From NCBI GenBank assembly GCA_951406725.2, contig OX597836.1:21204001-21268000 (forward strand): a DNA stretch of 64,000 bases. Reading direction: 5' to 3'. This document shows positions 13,155 to 25,264 of the stretch, one piece after another. How positions within the stretch are numbered: the first letter of the stretch is position 1; each line of letters begins with the position of its first letter. The notes under the pieces are model-generated. The model saw nothing but the letters and a program-made list of their open reading frames with translations. It was not told the DNA's origin and did not search any database. The position numbers and the translations under genes were made by a program. The stretch is from Octopus vulgaris. Taxonomy: Eukaryota.

Positions 13155-14200
13155 GGTGTGTGTCTAATTTTAAAGGCTACAGGTGTCTGTGTAATGTTTA
13201 ACTTTAAACACGTCTTCTTAAAAGTGCGTGCAAGTTAACGTCTATTCACATGCACACAAATATATGTAACCTATGTAGAAGAAACGGTAGATATAAATAT
13301 AAGGTTTTAATTTATTTAATTTAAACATATTTAGAGCATTTCATCAAGTGAGCGGAATTTCTAGCTATTCACAGAGAAGCCGGACAATTGGTTATTTAAC
13401 ACTTTCGTTTTTCTCAAATAAAAATAAAAAAATGTGTACATATAGAGCCAAACTATGACACAAAATAAACATACGTATACAAATAAAAAGACCCATATAT
13501 ATATATATATAAATATATATTACAAAAAAGCAATGAAAATAATAATTAAAAGCTTATAAATTGGCACTGGAAAACACCTTACCCCGTTCGTTGTTGTTTT
13601 TTTTTTAAATATATATATTGCGATTTTTTTTTCTTCTGTCCAACTAAGAGGACACCCAGCACACTGTTGACACCACCTGATGGCCTTAATTACAGGTAAG
13701 GTAATAACAGGGAAATCCACACACACACACACAGGACGAACAAATTTTATAACTATTATTTGTCTTTCTTTTGTAATTTGTTATTATTTATACTTTTACA
13801 GTTGCTGTATATAAAATATAACGAAAGGTGGACTGTTATTATTGTTGTTATATATATATATTTTTTTAATTCTTTTTTTTTTGTTCGTTTAATTATTTTC
13901 CTCTTTCACCATGAGTGAGCATGTGTGTATGCTTGCGTATATATCTATATCTGTGTGAGTGTGTGAATTATGTATGTATTGCATATGTATTGTGTAAGTA
14001 AATAAAAGTTTGTGTGTATACTTATCTGAGTATATGTGTGTTTGTTTTGTTAGTGTTTCTCTTACCCATTCTCCCCACTCTCTCTACTATCCTTTACCTT
14101 AATCTCAATTATCTCTTTTCGTCGCTTTTACCCCGTCACTAAGACGCCTTCTCTCTTTTTTATATGTACATGCTTACAAAGACATAGATATGCACACACA

Positions 14201-14264
<64 letters not shown>

Positions 14265-14525
14265 TGATTACTTAATACTCAACCTCATTCAGTCAGCCAG
14301 CCACACACCTTGCTAATAATAATAATAATAATAATCCAATAATACAATCTTTTCTTTTAATTAATACTACGGTCCGCTTAATCTGGTTTGACCTGGGGTT
14401 AAACAATATTTACTATTACTGCTACTACAGTTTCACTTCCTCCTACTTTCATTGTTACTTGTATCCCCCTCTATATTTCACTTAGACTACTCCTCCCATA
14501 GTGAACTTCATTCAAATCTAGGTAC

Positions 14526-14623
14526 TACGTCACCTTGAACTCTGAACCCTCACTGCAAAATGGCGTCACTTCCTGAATTGTATTCATACACTACAACCTT
14601 ATTCGTAAACACATGCAACCAAT
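14526..14623. promoter_or_regulatory. Promoter-like motif cluster
   Basis: TACGTCA (CRE-like, 14526), TGAACT-C-TGAACC (DR1-like, 14536), AAAATGGCG (YY1, 14557), CACTTCCTG (ETS, 14567) and CCAAT (14619), all within 100 bp of unique DNA. Confidence 0.45.
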
Positions 14624-15379
14624 AGAGGTATTCCCCGCGTTACAGAGGCATTGAACATCTAAAGCTGCTGCCGTAACGCAAAGTTTCGTAACGCAAAACA
14701 AATTTCCCTCATACATTATAATGTTCACTGATTTCCAATTATTGTAAATTGGGTTTCCTGTTATGGAACTCCAATTTCAAGATTGGAGACACAAAATACA
14801 ATTGTATAATATTTAGAAAGATATAATTTATACATGTATGTATGTATATATGGACTCAAAGATATTGACAAGTAAAAAATTTCAATTAGTTTTTTACATG
14901 GTTCCAGATTCGGTCCTACTGCATGACACTTTGGATAAGTGTTTCTGCTATAGCGCAAGGTGGGCCAAAGCCTTGTGAGTAGATTTGGTAGACAGAAACT
15001 GAAAGAAGCCTGTCATGTGGTTAACCACTAAGGGTGGATGCTACTGTTGCTTGTAGCCCCAGGAGAACATCTTCTCCAGCTGGCTTTTGACACACAATCT
15101 GTGCCTTATCAGTATTTGCAAAGGGAAGCCATCCTTCCCATCGTCGACTTGACGTGATACGCACACACCCGGGTTTCTGAATATTTATCCGTCGTCAGTG
15201 CACGACAATCACCGGTCTTCGATACGAAGGGGTCCCAATACAAATACATATATCCTTTTTCCAGTGACGAAAAGTCACTGATCTCGAAAAAAGTGTTAAC
15301 AAGCAATAATAAATCTCTGAACGATGTATAAACAGTACCTACACGACAATGTGAAGAATATATATATTATAATACATAT

Positions 15380-15385
15380 ATATAT

Positions 15386-15482
<97 letters not shown>

Positions 15483-15567
15483 CATATATATATATAATAT
15501 ATATGAGTATACATCGGATAGTTGATGTTTTACTGATTTAAGTATGTTTCTCCATTCTCTAATTTTG

Positions 15568-15647
<80 letters not shown>

Positions 15648-15699
15648 CACATATATATATACACATATATATACATATATATATATATATACCATATAT

Positions 15700-15752
<53 letters not shown>
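15380..15752. repeat. (TA)n / (CATATA)n microsatellite blocks
   Basis: Directly visible; source of the YI-rich spurious ORFs. Confidence 0.95.
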
Positions 15753-15757
<5 letters not shown>

Positions 15758-16940
15758 AATAAGCAACAAGGGATATCCAAGGTAGTATAGTACAATTGTT
15801 TCATGCTACTTCATTTTATTAAACACTGTAAGTATTACATCAGTTTTAAACTGTCAAGCAATCTTCAGCCACATATAGAATTTTTTTTAATTAAACGGAC
15901 AATGCGCATTCTTATACTTATTTCATTTGCTAACATTACAAAGAGGGTGGATATATAGACAGAGAGGTTAATTTCATCATTAAGAACATGGTGGTAATAT
16001 GTTCTTTCCCATCTGTAGATTTTTTTATCACTGAGTTCGCTTTGTTATTTAGATCTATCAGTGGGGAGGGGGTTTCTTGGTTCAGTCGAGACAAATATGA
16101 AAATATCTCTTTTGCATCTTACTTTTTTGGTCTCTTAAATATACTGCATTTTGGGCATTATTTCAAGCCAGCCGGCTTTTTTGTGCATTTTTCTTGCATA
16201 TGTGTAGCATCGATCGTAACAGCTGATGTACATGCGCGTACAAATGCACGTTCCCACGGCTTCATCGATCGCATTCTCAACTGGAATCGATTTTTGTAAT
16301 TTGTTCAAGATTTATACACGCCCTGATACCGTCGGTATCCACATATCAAATTTGAGCGCAATCGGATGGAGGATGCCAGAAATCCTAGAAGACACACACA
16401 CACAGACAGAACGGATTTTATATAACAGATATATATGTTGTGTCTGGGGGAGTCATTCTGTTTCAGTACCTTGTAGTTTAACAGACTCACCGGTAAAATT
16501 TCTACTTATCTCCTTCTTTATTTTTCTAAGTGGAAATTTTACTGGTGTGTGTGTTAAATCATAAGGCACTAAAAGAGAATGACTCTCCCCAGACACAACA
16601 GAATATGGTTCAACACACGAACTCACATAAAGAATCTTGCAAACCAAATCCAAAAACGAAATATATATATGTTTGTACCCCACCACCGCTTGACAACCGG
16701 TGTTGATTTGTTTACTTCCTCGAAGTAGCAGTTCAGCAAAATTGACCGATAGAATATCTAGACTTTAAAAAGTAAAAAAAGGACTGGTTTCGATTTGATC
16801 GACTAAAAATCTTTTCAAGGCGGTGTCCCAGCATAGCTGTAGTCTAATGACTGAAATAAGTAAAAGATTAAAGATAAATGGTATTAATGTTTAACGAACT
16901 CATTTTCTTGTTATAACAATTCTTCCGCTGCTAATAAAAC

Positions 16941-17173
16941 ATGGTATTCTGTCATAGTGCGTCGGTCGCTTCTTGTAATGGAAGGATGTATCGCGTAGAC
17001 AAGCTGAGAGAACCTCGTCAAATCGTGGCTGGATATATTTTACCGGTTTTATTATTGATACAATGTTTCAGTTTATCAGTCGAGGCTGGCAACACAAATA
17101 TAAACGGGAAAAGCGAATCATCATCCTCACCAGATTTTAAAATTCCTCTCTGTTCAAATTTGCTGCTGGGACA
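16941..17173 (+). CDS. TM2D1: TM2 domain-containing protein 1, coding exon 1 (signal peptide, ...CSNLLLGQ); start may instead be the in-frame ATG at 16986
   Basis: The ORF has a hydrophobic signal-like stretch (IVAGYILPVLLLIQCFSLSVEA) and C-x-x-L-x-x-G-Q, matching TM2D1 'CEDLKVGQY'. It ends in phase 2 at a U12 donor ATATCCTTT (17174). Confidence 0.85.
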
Positions 17174-17225
17174 ATATCCTTTTTTTCCCCTTTAAATTGT
17201 AATGTCTAAATACATGTGCATGTGT

Positions 17226-17228
<3 letters not shown>

Positions 17229-17291
<63 letters not shown>

Positions 17292-17408
17292 TATATATAT
17301 ATCATATATATATATATACATCATATATATATATATACATCATATATATATATATCATATATATATATATATATATATCATCATATATATATATCATATA
17401 TATATATA

Positions 17409-17483
<75 letters not shown>

Positions 17484-17507
17484 CATCATATATATATATA
17501 TATATAT
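17229..17507. repeat. (TA)n interrupted by CAT/CATC
   Basis: Directly visible, starting about 55 bp into TM2D1 intron 1. Confidence 0.95.
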
Positions 17508-17508
17508 G

Positions 17509-17680
17509 GTAATTAAGGGTTTAGCAACGATTTGACTCACCACACACCGACTTTAGAAATAGAGTCAAAGAGTTTTGGCTATTCTTTCTACTTAAAAGTA
17601 GCAAGAATAGCCAAAACTCTTTGACTGCTATTTCTAAATTCGGTGTGTGGTGAGGCAAATTGTTGCTAAACCCTTAATTA
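17509..17680. repeat. Near-perfect 172-bp palindrome
   Basis: GTAATTAAGGGTTTAGCAA...TTGCTAAACCCTTAATTAC, centred on TACTTAAAAGTA. Confidence 0.9.
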
Positions 17681-17783
17681 CTTAGTATTACTTAAACCTT
17701 CCTTGAATGGGGCTTTTACATGCCGAAATCTACTTGGTGAAATTAATGATTATTCCAAATTAATTAATTTCACCCTTTATTAT

Positions 17784-17815
<32 letters not shown>

Positions 17816-18645
17816 CACACGCACACAAATGTATGTGTGTACTCGCACTTGTATATGTATTTGTCGATACCTGTATTATATATTCATGTTTATTTATTCT
17901 CAGTTTTACGTTTTCTTTATTCTAAGTGATCGGATATAGTTTCTTTGAACTTTTTTATTTCTGGTTTATTGTCGATCAGACTATCAGGTGCTCTTATACT
18001 ACACAGCTGGTCACAATTTGCTTTTTTGTTACATTGTTTTACCTTTCAAATGATGTCCCCACCCTCTTGTTGAGCAGCAGACCAGTGTGTGTTTATTATA
18101 AGCTTGTGAATTTTTGACGAAATTGACAGAAAAAAATACTCATTTTAATTGTGATTGCTATTCCGAAAGTCTAATTTTTAAAATAATTGTCATTATCCAA
18201 TCTATTTTATTCGTTAATTTCAGTTTTCTATTTTACACTTTTTGGCATTTTTTTCTTTTAATAATATCTTACATTCCTAACCCTGCGAAACATGCCTGTC
18301 TCACAAACATTGATCAAAAATCGATATACTATACACAAACACCATCATCATATAATGTCAAACTGTTTTTACGAAACCAAAATAGCTAGCTTTATCAGTA
18401 TCGATATGTTTTATTAACTGCGAGTCACTTCCGATCAGAAGATGAAAGTCGTTCCTTCTGTGTCACTCTTCTCCCTTATTCAGACCTAGTTTACCTAGGA
18501 AAACATTGTCAAATGTCTCCTCTGTTTTTAAGATAATTTGATATGATTTTGAGAGAGATTTTGCTGTTTTTACGAAAACAAAATACCTAGCTTTCGGTAG
18601 TATCCATGATGACTATCCTAACAGGATCATCGTATTGTCCAAAAA

Positions 18646-18929
18646 GGGTACAACTTGAGAACAGTGGTCCCGGTGCGCGCACTCGCTTAGTCGCGCTAGC
18701 TAGTCGTGACTAGTCGATCGTACAACGACTACCTAGCAAAGTAAATAACACAAAGTAAGGATCGACTAGTCATGACTAGCTAGCGCGGACGCGCGCACTG
18801 GGACCACTGTTCGCTAGTAGTACCCAAGAACACAAAGTAAATAACACAAAAACACAAATTAAGGATCGACCAGTCATGACTAGCTAGCGTGATTGCGCGC
18901 ACCGGGACCACTGTTCTCAAGTAGTACCC
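18646..18929. mobile_element. CpG-rich MITE with duplicated right arm
   Basis: TIR GGGTACAACTTGAGAACAGTGGTCCCGGTGCGCGCA. The right arm is present twice (about 18759-18825 and 18862-18929). Possible TSD CAAAAA. Confidence 0.7.
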
Positions 18930-19398
18930 CAAAAAAGTAATAATGAATTCATCATTGTTATTATTACTATTATCTAATGTGACGTTCACGAATTATAAAT
19001 GGCACCTGAGCACTGTATACAATAATTTCATTATTATTATATTATACTGTGTGATTTGAAAGACCTTTTGCTGCTATATTACGAAAGCAAAATAGCTACC
19101 TATCTCCATGATCAACAATATTTTTATTAACTGCGAGTCATACACATACATTATCTCTGACGTTTCTTCCCACTGTTATTTGGTTCACCTGTCATTTATT
19201 CAGAGTATATATTTGGTACATTATTCGGTTACTGTTTACTTTAAGACCCGGCCACCAAAACAAAACGTGTCATAGGTGTAAAAAAAAAAAATTGTATAAA
19301 CGAATATAATAACAAAATTTGGGTTAATGTTTACAATATTACCCGGAAACGAAATAAAAATAGTGCAACTGGTGTGAAAAATGTGTAGGAAATGCGCA

Positions 19399-19835
19399 GG
19401 ACTTCGGAAAATTCACAAGATCCGAGTTTTTCCCTCGTAACTTTTAGGAAAATGGAGTTGTTTTTTCTTTACATGAAATTGTATATAAATATCTTTCAAA
19501 TGGCATAGATTACGCTTATGAAGAAATTTAAGAGTAAAATCTTTTCCGAGGGGTGGGGAGAGGACTTTCGGAAAATTCACAAGATCCGAGTTTTTCCCTC
19601 ATAACTTTTAGGAAAATGGAGTTTTTTTTTTTTACATGAAATTGTATATAAATATCCTTCAAATGGCATAGATTACGCTTATAAAGATATTTGAGGGTAA
19701 AATATTTTCCGAGTGGTGAGGAGAGGACTTTCGGAAAATTCACAAGATCCGATTTTTTCCCTCGTAACTTTGAGGAAAATGGATATCTTTTAATGAAATT
19801 GTATATAAATAGCTTTCAAACGACATGAATTACGG
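19399..19835. repeat. Tandem repeat, ~162-bp unit, ~2.7 copies
   Basis: AGGACT(T)TCGGAAAATTCACAAGATCCGA recurs at 19399, 19561 and 19724. Confidence 0.9.
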
Positions 19836-19951
19836 ATGCCTAATGTGCCACAAACCCCTTATTTTTATTCGGAAAAAGTGTCCGTATATTAGCAATTTCT
19901 GTTGTTCCGTGTTTTCTTTCTGGCAATCTGTTTTTAAAGTACGATTCCAAG

Positions 19952-20499
19952 GCGCACATGGCGGAGACGTAACCGGACTCCTCCCCATTAATTTTTTTTT
20001 TTTTTTTTTTTTTACGGAAGCCCACGTTTTCCGCTATGGAGATTCCGAGTATGAAAAAAAATTTGCAAAAATCACAATTTCAATTTTCCACCCACCCTAC
20101 CCCCACGCACTTCTTCATTTTTCACCTTTTTTCAGAAATTTTTTGGGGCGAAATAGATACGGAGATTATGACTCTGAAAAGAAAAAAAAAGAAAAGAAAT
20201 TACCCCAACCCCCTCCCGATTCTACGGCATTCAAGCAGGCTATCCACATGCTAGAAATAACAGCCAAATCTAAGCATTTTTTTTTTCCGGAATCATAATC
20301 TCCTATCCTACGTATTTCGCCCCCCAAAAATTTCTGAAAACAAGTGAAAAATGAAGAAATGGAGTGGGGGGAATTGAAATTACGATTTTTGCAAATTTTT
20401 TTTGTTTTTCACAATCGGCCGAAAACGTGGGTTTCTGTAAAAAAAAAAAAAAAAAAACTAAGTGGGGGAGGGGTCAGGTTACGTTTCCTCCATGTGCGC
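19952..20499. mobile_element. Foldback MITE (~550 bp, arms ~230 bp)
   Basis: GCGCACATGG...CCATGTGCGC termini, with complementarity extending inward to about 20190/20278. Confidence 0.75.
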
Positions 20500-21054
20500 T
20501 ATGAGATATTCATCTGGCTCAGAATGAGTTCCAAAGAATGAATGAAATGTTACTGTTATTCTGAATGTATTTCTCAAAAAATTGGAATACGAGATGAGAA
20601 ATTCCAAATCAGTACTTTTCGTGTTTAAATTTATATATTATTCCGTATCAGTTTATTTGTTGCCGAACCAAGTTGAATCATGCATCATAAAATAGGGGAT
20701 TACCTTCTCTCAATTTCCACCGTTTACACACCCTATTATGTTCTATATTGACAACTATATTTGGCACACATACGCTTTCGCACCACAAGGGAGGTCACTG
20801 TGTTACAATTCTAGTTATTAATGTAGGTTATCATTGTAACTTACCTGAAGATCATGTGCACCCACAGGTGAAACTCATAGTAGCAACAGACTAGCTCAGC
20901 CAAAATGAAAATATTAATCTATATTACATTATCGAGTTCCTTCCAACAGTCAACGCTAAAGATGTACATATATATATCTGTAAACAAAAAACAGCTCTAT
21001 CATGACTGACGTTCGCTTACAACTGTTGCCTCATGTCAAAACAATAAGAGAGTA

Positions 21055-21086
<32 letters not shown>

Positions 21087-21238
21087 TATCGGTTTGACGA
21101 TTTCAAGAGGACGATTGGGATCGCGTGGATGAGAAAGGCGCGATCCAGAGAGGAGTGGACAGCGTGCTGTGACCAGCGGTGTCAAATGGACGCCTGACGG
21201 ACTGGTCGGTCAAAGTGATCAAGTGATATATATATACA

Positions 21239-21275
<37 letters not shown>

Positions 21276-23930
21276 TATCTGGTGCCACATAAAAAGCACC
21301 CAGTGCACTCTATGGAGTGGTTGGGCATTAGGAAGGGCATCAAGCCATAGAAACCATTCCACAACAGATATTGGAGCCTGATGCAGCCCCTGGCCTTCCC
21401 AACTCTGTTCAAACTGTCTAACCCGTGCCAGCATGGAAAATGGACATTGAAAGATGATGATGATGATATATACATATATATGCACACAAACACACCCATA
21501 TATATACACATATATTCACACACATCTATATACACATGTATATAAACATATATACATACATACACTTGAATATATATATACATATAAATATTTATGTGTT
21601 TAGTTATATATGTGTATGTACATTCCTACCTACTCGCATACATATGATAGGCTTCTTTCAGTTTCCATCTACCAAATCTCACAGGACTTTGGTCAATCCT
21701 GGGTGAACAACACTTGTTCAAAGTGGATATCCATGCTTGTACATATGTGTGTGTGTTATCTTTTACTTGTTTCAGTCATTAGACTGTGGCCATGTTAGGG
21801 CACTGTCTTGAAGAATTTTAGTCAAACGAATTGACTCCAGTACTCATCAGTCTCTTTTTCTGAACTGCTGAGTTATGGGGACATAAATACTCTAATACCA
21901 GTTTTCAAGTGGTAAGTGGGGACAAACATAGACACAGTGACACACACATATGTATATACATATAGTGACACACATGCATATACATATATATATAACAGGT
22001 TTCATTCAGTTTCTGTCTACCAGATCTACTCACAAGGTTTTGGTCGGCCCAAAGCTATACTTGCCAAAGGTACCATGTAGTTCTTACCACATGTAGCAAG
22101 CTTCTTACCACACAGCAACTTTTATGTAATTTATAAATAAGACATGAGTAATAATACTTCGAAAATAAAGTTTAATATTTCATTTTATATATATTTGTGT
22201 GTGTGAAATTGATAAAATAGATATAATTTGTGATAAAAATTTAGTTTCATTTTGATTAAAATACTAACGACTTCAGAGCAAAACATCTCATTTACAGTTC
22301 ACCTGCATTAAGCTTCTCTGATTATCCCTCACTTCCTCTCCATTTTTTGTTTTAGTTTGCATCATCCGGTGTAACTGATTTGTTGCATTTTATTATATGT
22401 AAGATAAGATTAAAAAAAGTTGAAAGGACTTTGAAATACAAAAGACAAACAGAACAACTAAGCAGAGACACTGTTATAGGAAGCGAGCAGATACGTTGTT
22501 TGATACTTTAGGAAAAACTATTTCATTAAGCTTAGAGAAAAGCAATGCCAAAAGTAGACAGAATGACTTCAGCTCATGTCAAGTGATTTAGAAAGTATAA
22601 ATCTTATAAATTGGAACAAATTCAAATATTGAAGTGTTAATCACAGAAAAAGTATGTATATATATTTATACAAAAAGATGTAATATATATATATATATAT
22701 TGAGATATGGGGAAATATCTTACTCAGAAATAGGTTAGCAACAGGAAGGGCGTCTGGCCACAGAAAATCTGCCTCAGCAAATTTGTCCAAACTAAGCAAG
22801 TATGGAAACTGGATGTTGAAATGTTACACAATCTTTTCTATACTTTTTGGATGTGTGGTCAAGTGGTGCACTTTGCAATTATGTGGTTTCAGATTCAATC
22901 CTCTCAGGTAAAATCTTAGGCAAATATCTTCTACAGCTCCAAACTGACCAAGGCCTCCTGACTGGATTTGGTTGGCAGAAAGCTTGGTTCCCAACCACAA
23001 TGGTTCCATGTTCAGTCTCACTGTGTAGCACCTTGGTAAGTGCCTTCTACTGTAGCCTCAGGCCAACCAAAGCCTTGTGAGCAGATTTGGTGGATAGAAA
23101 CTGCAATAAGTACATTGTATATGTATCTACATATATCTATGTGTGTTTGTGTTTATTTCCCCCGGTACTGCTTGACAACCATATTGGTGTGTTTACATCC
23201 CCATAACTTAGTGGTTCAACAAAAGAGACTGATAGAATAAGTACCAAGCCATAATTCAATGGCTGGACCATGTAAAATAATGGTTTGTTATTTAGGCCCA
23301 CGGCCTCCAATTTCTGAGGTGGGGGGTAGTAGTAGTTGATAACGTCAACCCCAGTATTCGACTGGTGCTTTCATTGAAGCTTGAAGGGATGATTGCCAAA
23401 GTCGACTGTGGTAGGATATGATTTCAGAATCTAAAGAAGTATTACAAGACATTTTGTCTACTGTTCTAACAATTCTGTCTGCCCACCTCCAATTTAAGCA
23501 AGAAAACCAGTAGTTTTGTTGGAAGGGGAGGAAGTTGATTATATTGGCCCTGTGTTCAACTGGCTGCTTATTATATTGACCCCTAAAGGATGAAAGGCGA
23601 AGTCAACCTCAGTGGAATTTGAACTCGGAACATGAATGAGTCAGAAGAAATGCCACTAAGCATTTTATCTAGCACAATAACAACTCTACCAGATTACCAC
23701 CTTAGAAACAATTTAAATAACTTTTTCTTTTATAGGCCCAAGGCCTGAAATTTTGGGGGAGGGTACTTGTCAATTACAGCAATCCTATTGCTCGACTGGT
23801 CCTTATTTTTTATTGACCCTGAAAAGATAAAAGGCAAAGTTAACCTTGGTATTTCAACTCAGGACAATGATGGATGGCTGCTAAGCATTTTGTCCAGTGT
23901 GCTGACAATTCTGCTAGCATGCCACCTTAA

Positions 23931-24153
23931 CCCTTTAGCATTCAAACCGGCCATATCCGGGCAAAATATTTAACCTGTTTTATATTAAAACTGACCAGAT
24001 CTCGCCTCTCACCTCAGCCCTACCATGTCATTCTAAAACTAAAAAAAATCACATCACTGAAATCTCTAAACTACAAGATAATGCATGATTAATTCAAACC
24101 CTTTTTAAATAAACAAACATCACATTTGACAGAATAATCTGAACACTAAAGGG
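23931..24153. mobile_element. piggyBac-like MITE (same family as 1691-1906, opposite orientation)
   Basis: TTAA|CCCTTTAGCATTCA ... TGAACACTAAAGGG|TTAA. Another, interrupted copy starts at 61802. Confidence 0.8.
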
Positions 24154-25184
24154 TTAAGATCATACATTCTTAACTGAGAACTGAACCCAGGCCACCTGGA
24201 ATCCTAACCACTATACTACTGATTATTATGATTATTTCTCATATGTGATTATGAATGGAATGAATAAAATCTACCTAATAATTCTGCATTTCTTTTTCTT
24301 TTGTGAATGGGGTTAGATTCTACTTATTGAAATGTTTTGCATTTATAATTAACTACTGATTTTATGAATCTGTAATTAAAGATTACGTTTGACAAATATT
24401 GTTTAAATGACAAAAAAAAAAACAAAAAAAGAAGAGCTTTAGTAGAAGTTAGCAGCTTTGTGTTGGCTGCTAATCTGAGATTATGGCAGGTTTAAACCTC
24501 AACGCAGATAAGTGTCTGTAGTTGTTGTTGTTGTTATAAGTACACTGTGCTGCAGAATTTCAATTCTCTATTATCCAGCCTCTTCAGCTTGACATATTTC
24601 TCAGAGTTATTAAATATTTTATAGAAATATTATAGGAATAAACATTTTTTTTCTTTTCCTGATTTACATGAGTTTTTAAAGGATTTTCAAGTATTACAAA
24701 TCATCATCATCATCATTTAACGTCCGCTTTCCATGCTAGCATGGGTTGGACGGTTCAACTGGGGTCTGGGGAGCCCGAAGGCTGCACCAGGCCAGTCAGA
24801 TCTGGCAGTGTTTCTACAGCTGGATGCCCTTCCTAATGCCAACCCCTCCAAGAGTGTAGTGGGTGATTTTATGTGCCACCGACACAGGTGCCAGACGAGG
24901 CTGGCAAACGGCCACGCTCGGATGGTGTTTTTTATGTGCCACCGACACAGGTGCCAGACGAGGCTGGCAGACGGCCAGACGATGATATATATGTGTGTGT
25001 GTGTGTGTGCATTTATATATAGTGAAAGAGTGAAACAACATTGCATATATTACAGTGACATTCACTTACAATCATCACATGGTGCCAAGGCAAGGGATGG
25101 ACACATACATTTGTAGATATATGTAAGTGTGTGTGTGTGTTTGTATGTTTCATATTATCTGTCTGTTCCTTAACCCTGTCTCAA

Positions 25185-25264
25185 ATATGTCTGTGATGAA
25201 CCAATCATTGATTCAAAGACACAACAAGCCAAGAACTGTGACCAAGACACAAGAACTGTTGTTG
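25185..25264 (+). CDS. TM2D1: TM2D1 exon 2 (YVCDEPIIDSKTQQAKNCDQDTRTVV)
   Basis: Resembles TM2D1 'YICKDPKINDATQEPVNC'. Preceded by branch point TTCCTTAAC (25166-25174) and followed by GTAAGT. Frame is continuous with exons 1 and 3. Confidence 0.9.

Larger units (their letters stand above)
17174..25184 (+). other. U12-type intron with AT-AA termini (TM2D1 intron 1, 8011 bp)
   Basis: 5' end ATATCCTTT; TTCCTTAAC ends 10 nt before the 3' end (...CTCAA). Splicing here restores G-Q-Y-V-C. Confidence 0.85.

Noticed and set aside
15835-15872. Other partial hammerhead-like strings (also near 39275-39345, 44578-44620, 56810-56900)
   Set aside because: Each lacks a core box or a pairable stem, so none can be told apart from chance.
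17174-17195. ORF-track extension of TM2D1 exon 1 (YPFFPL*) as a standalone 84-aa gene
   Set aside because: This is read-through into the U12 intron; homology continues in exon 2.
15296-17516. YI/HI-rich ORFs
   Set aside because: Translations of (TA)n microsatellites.
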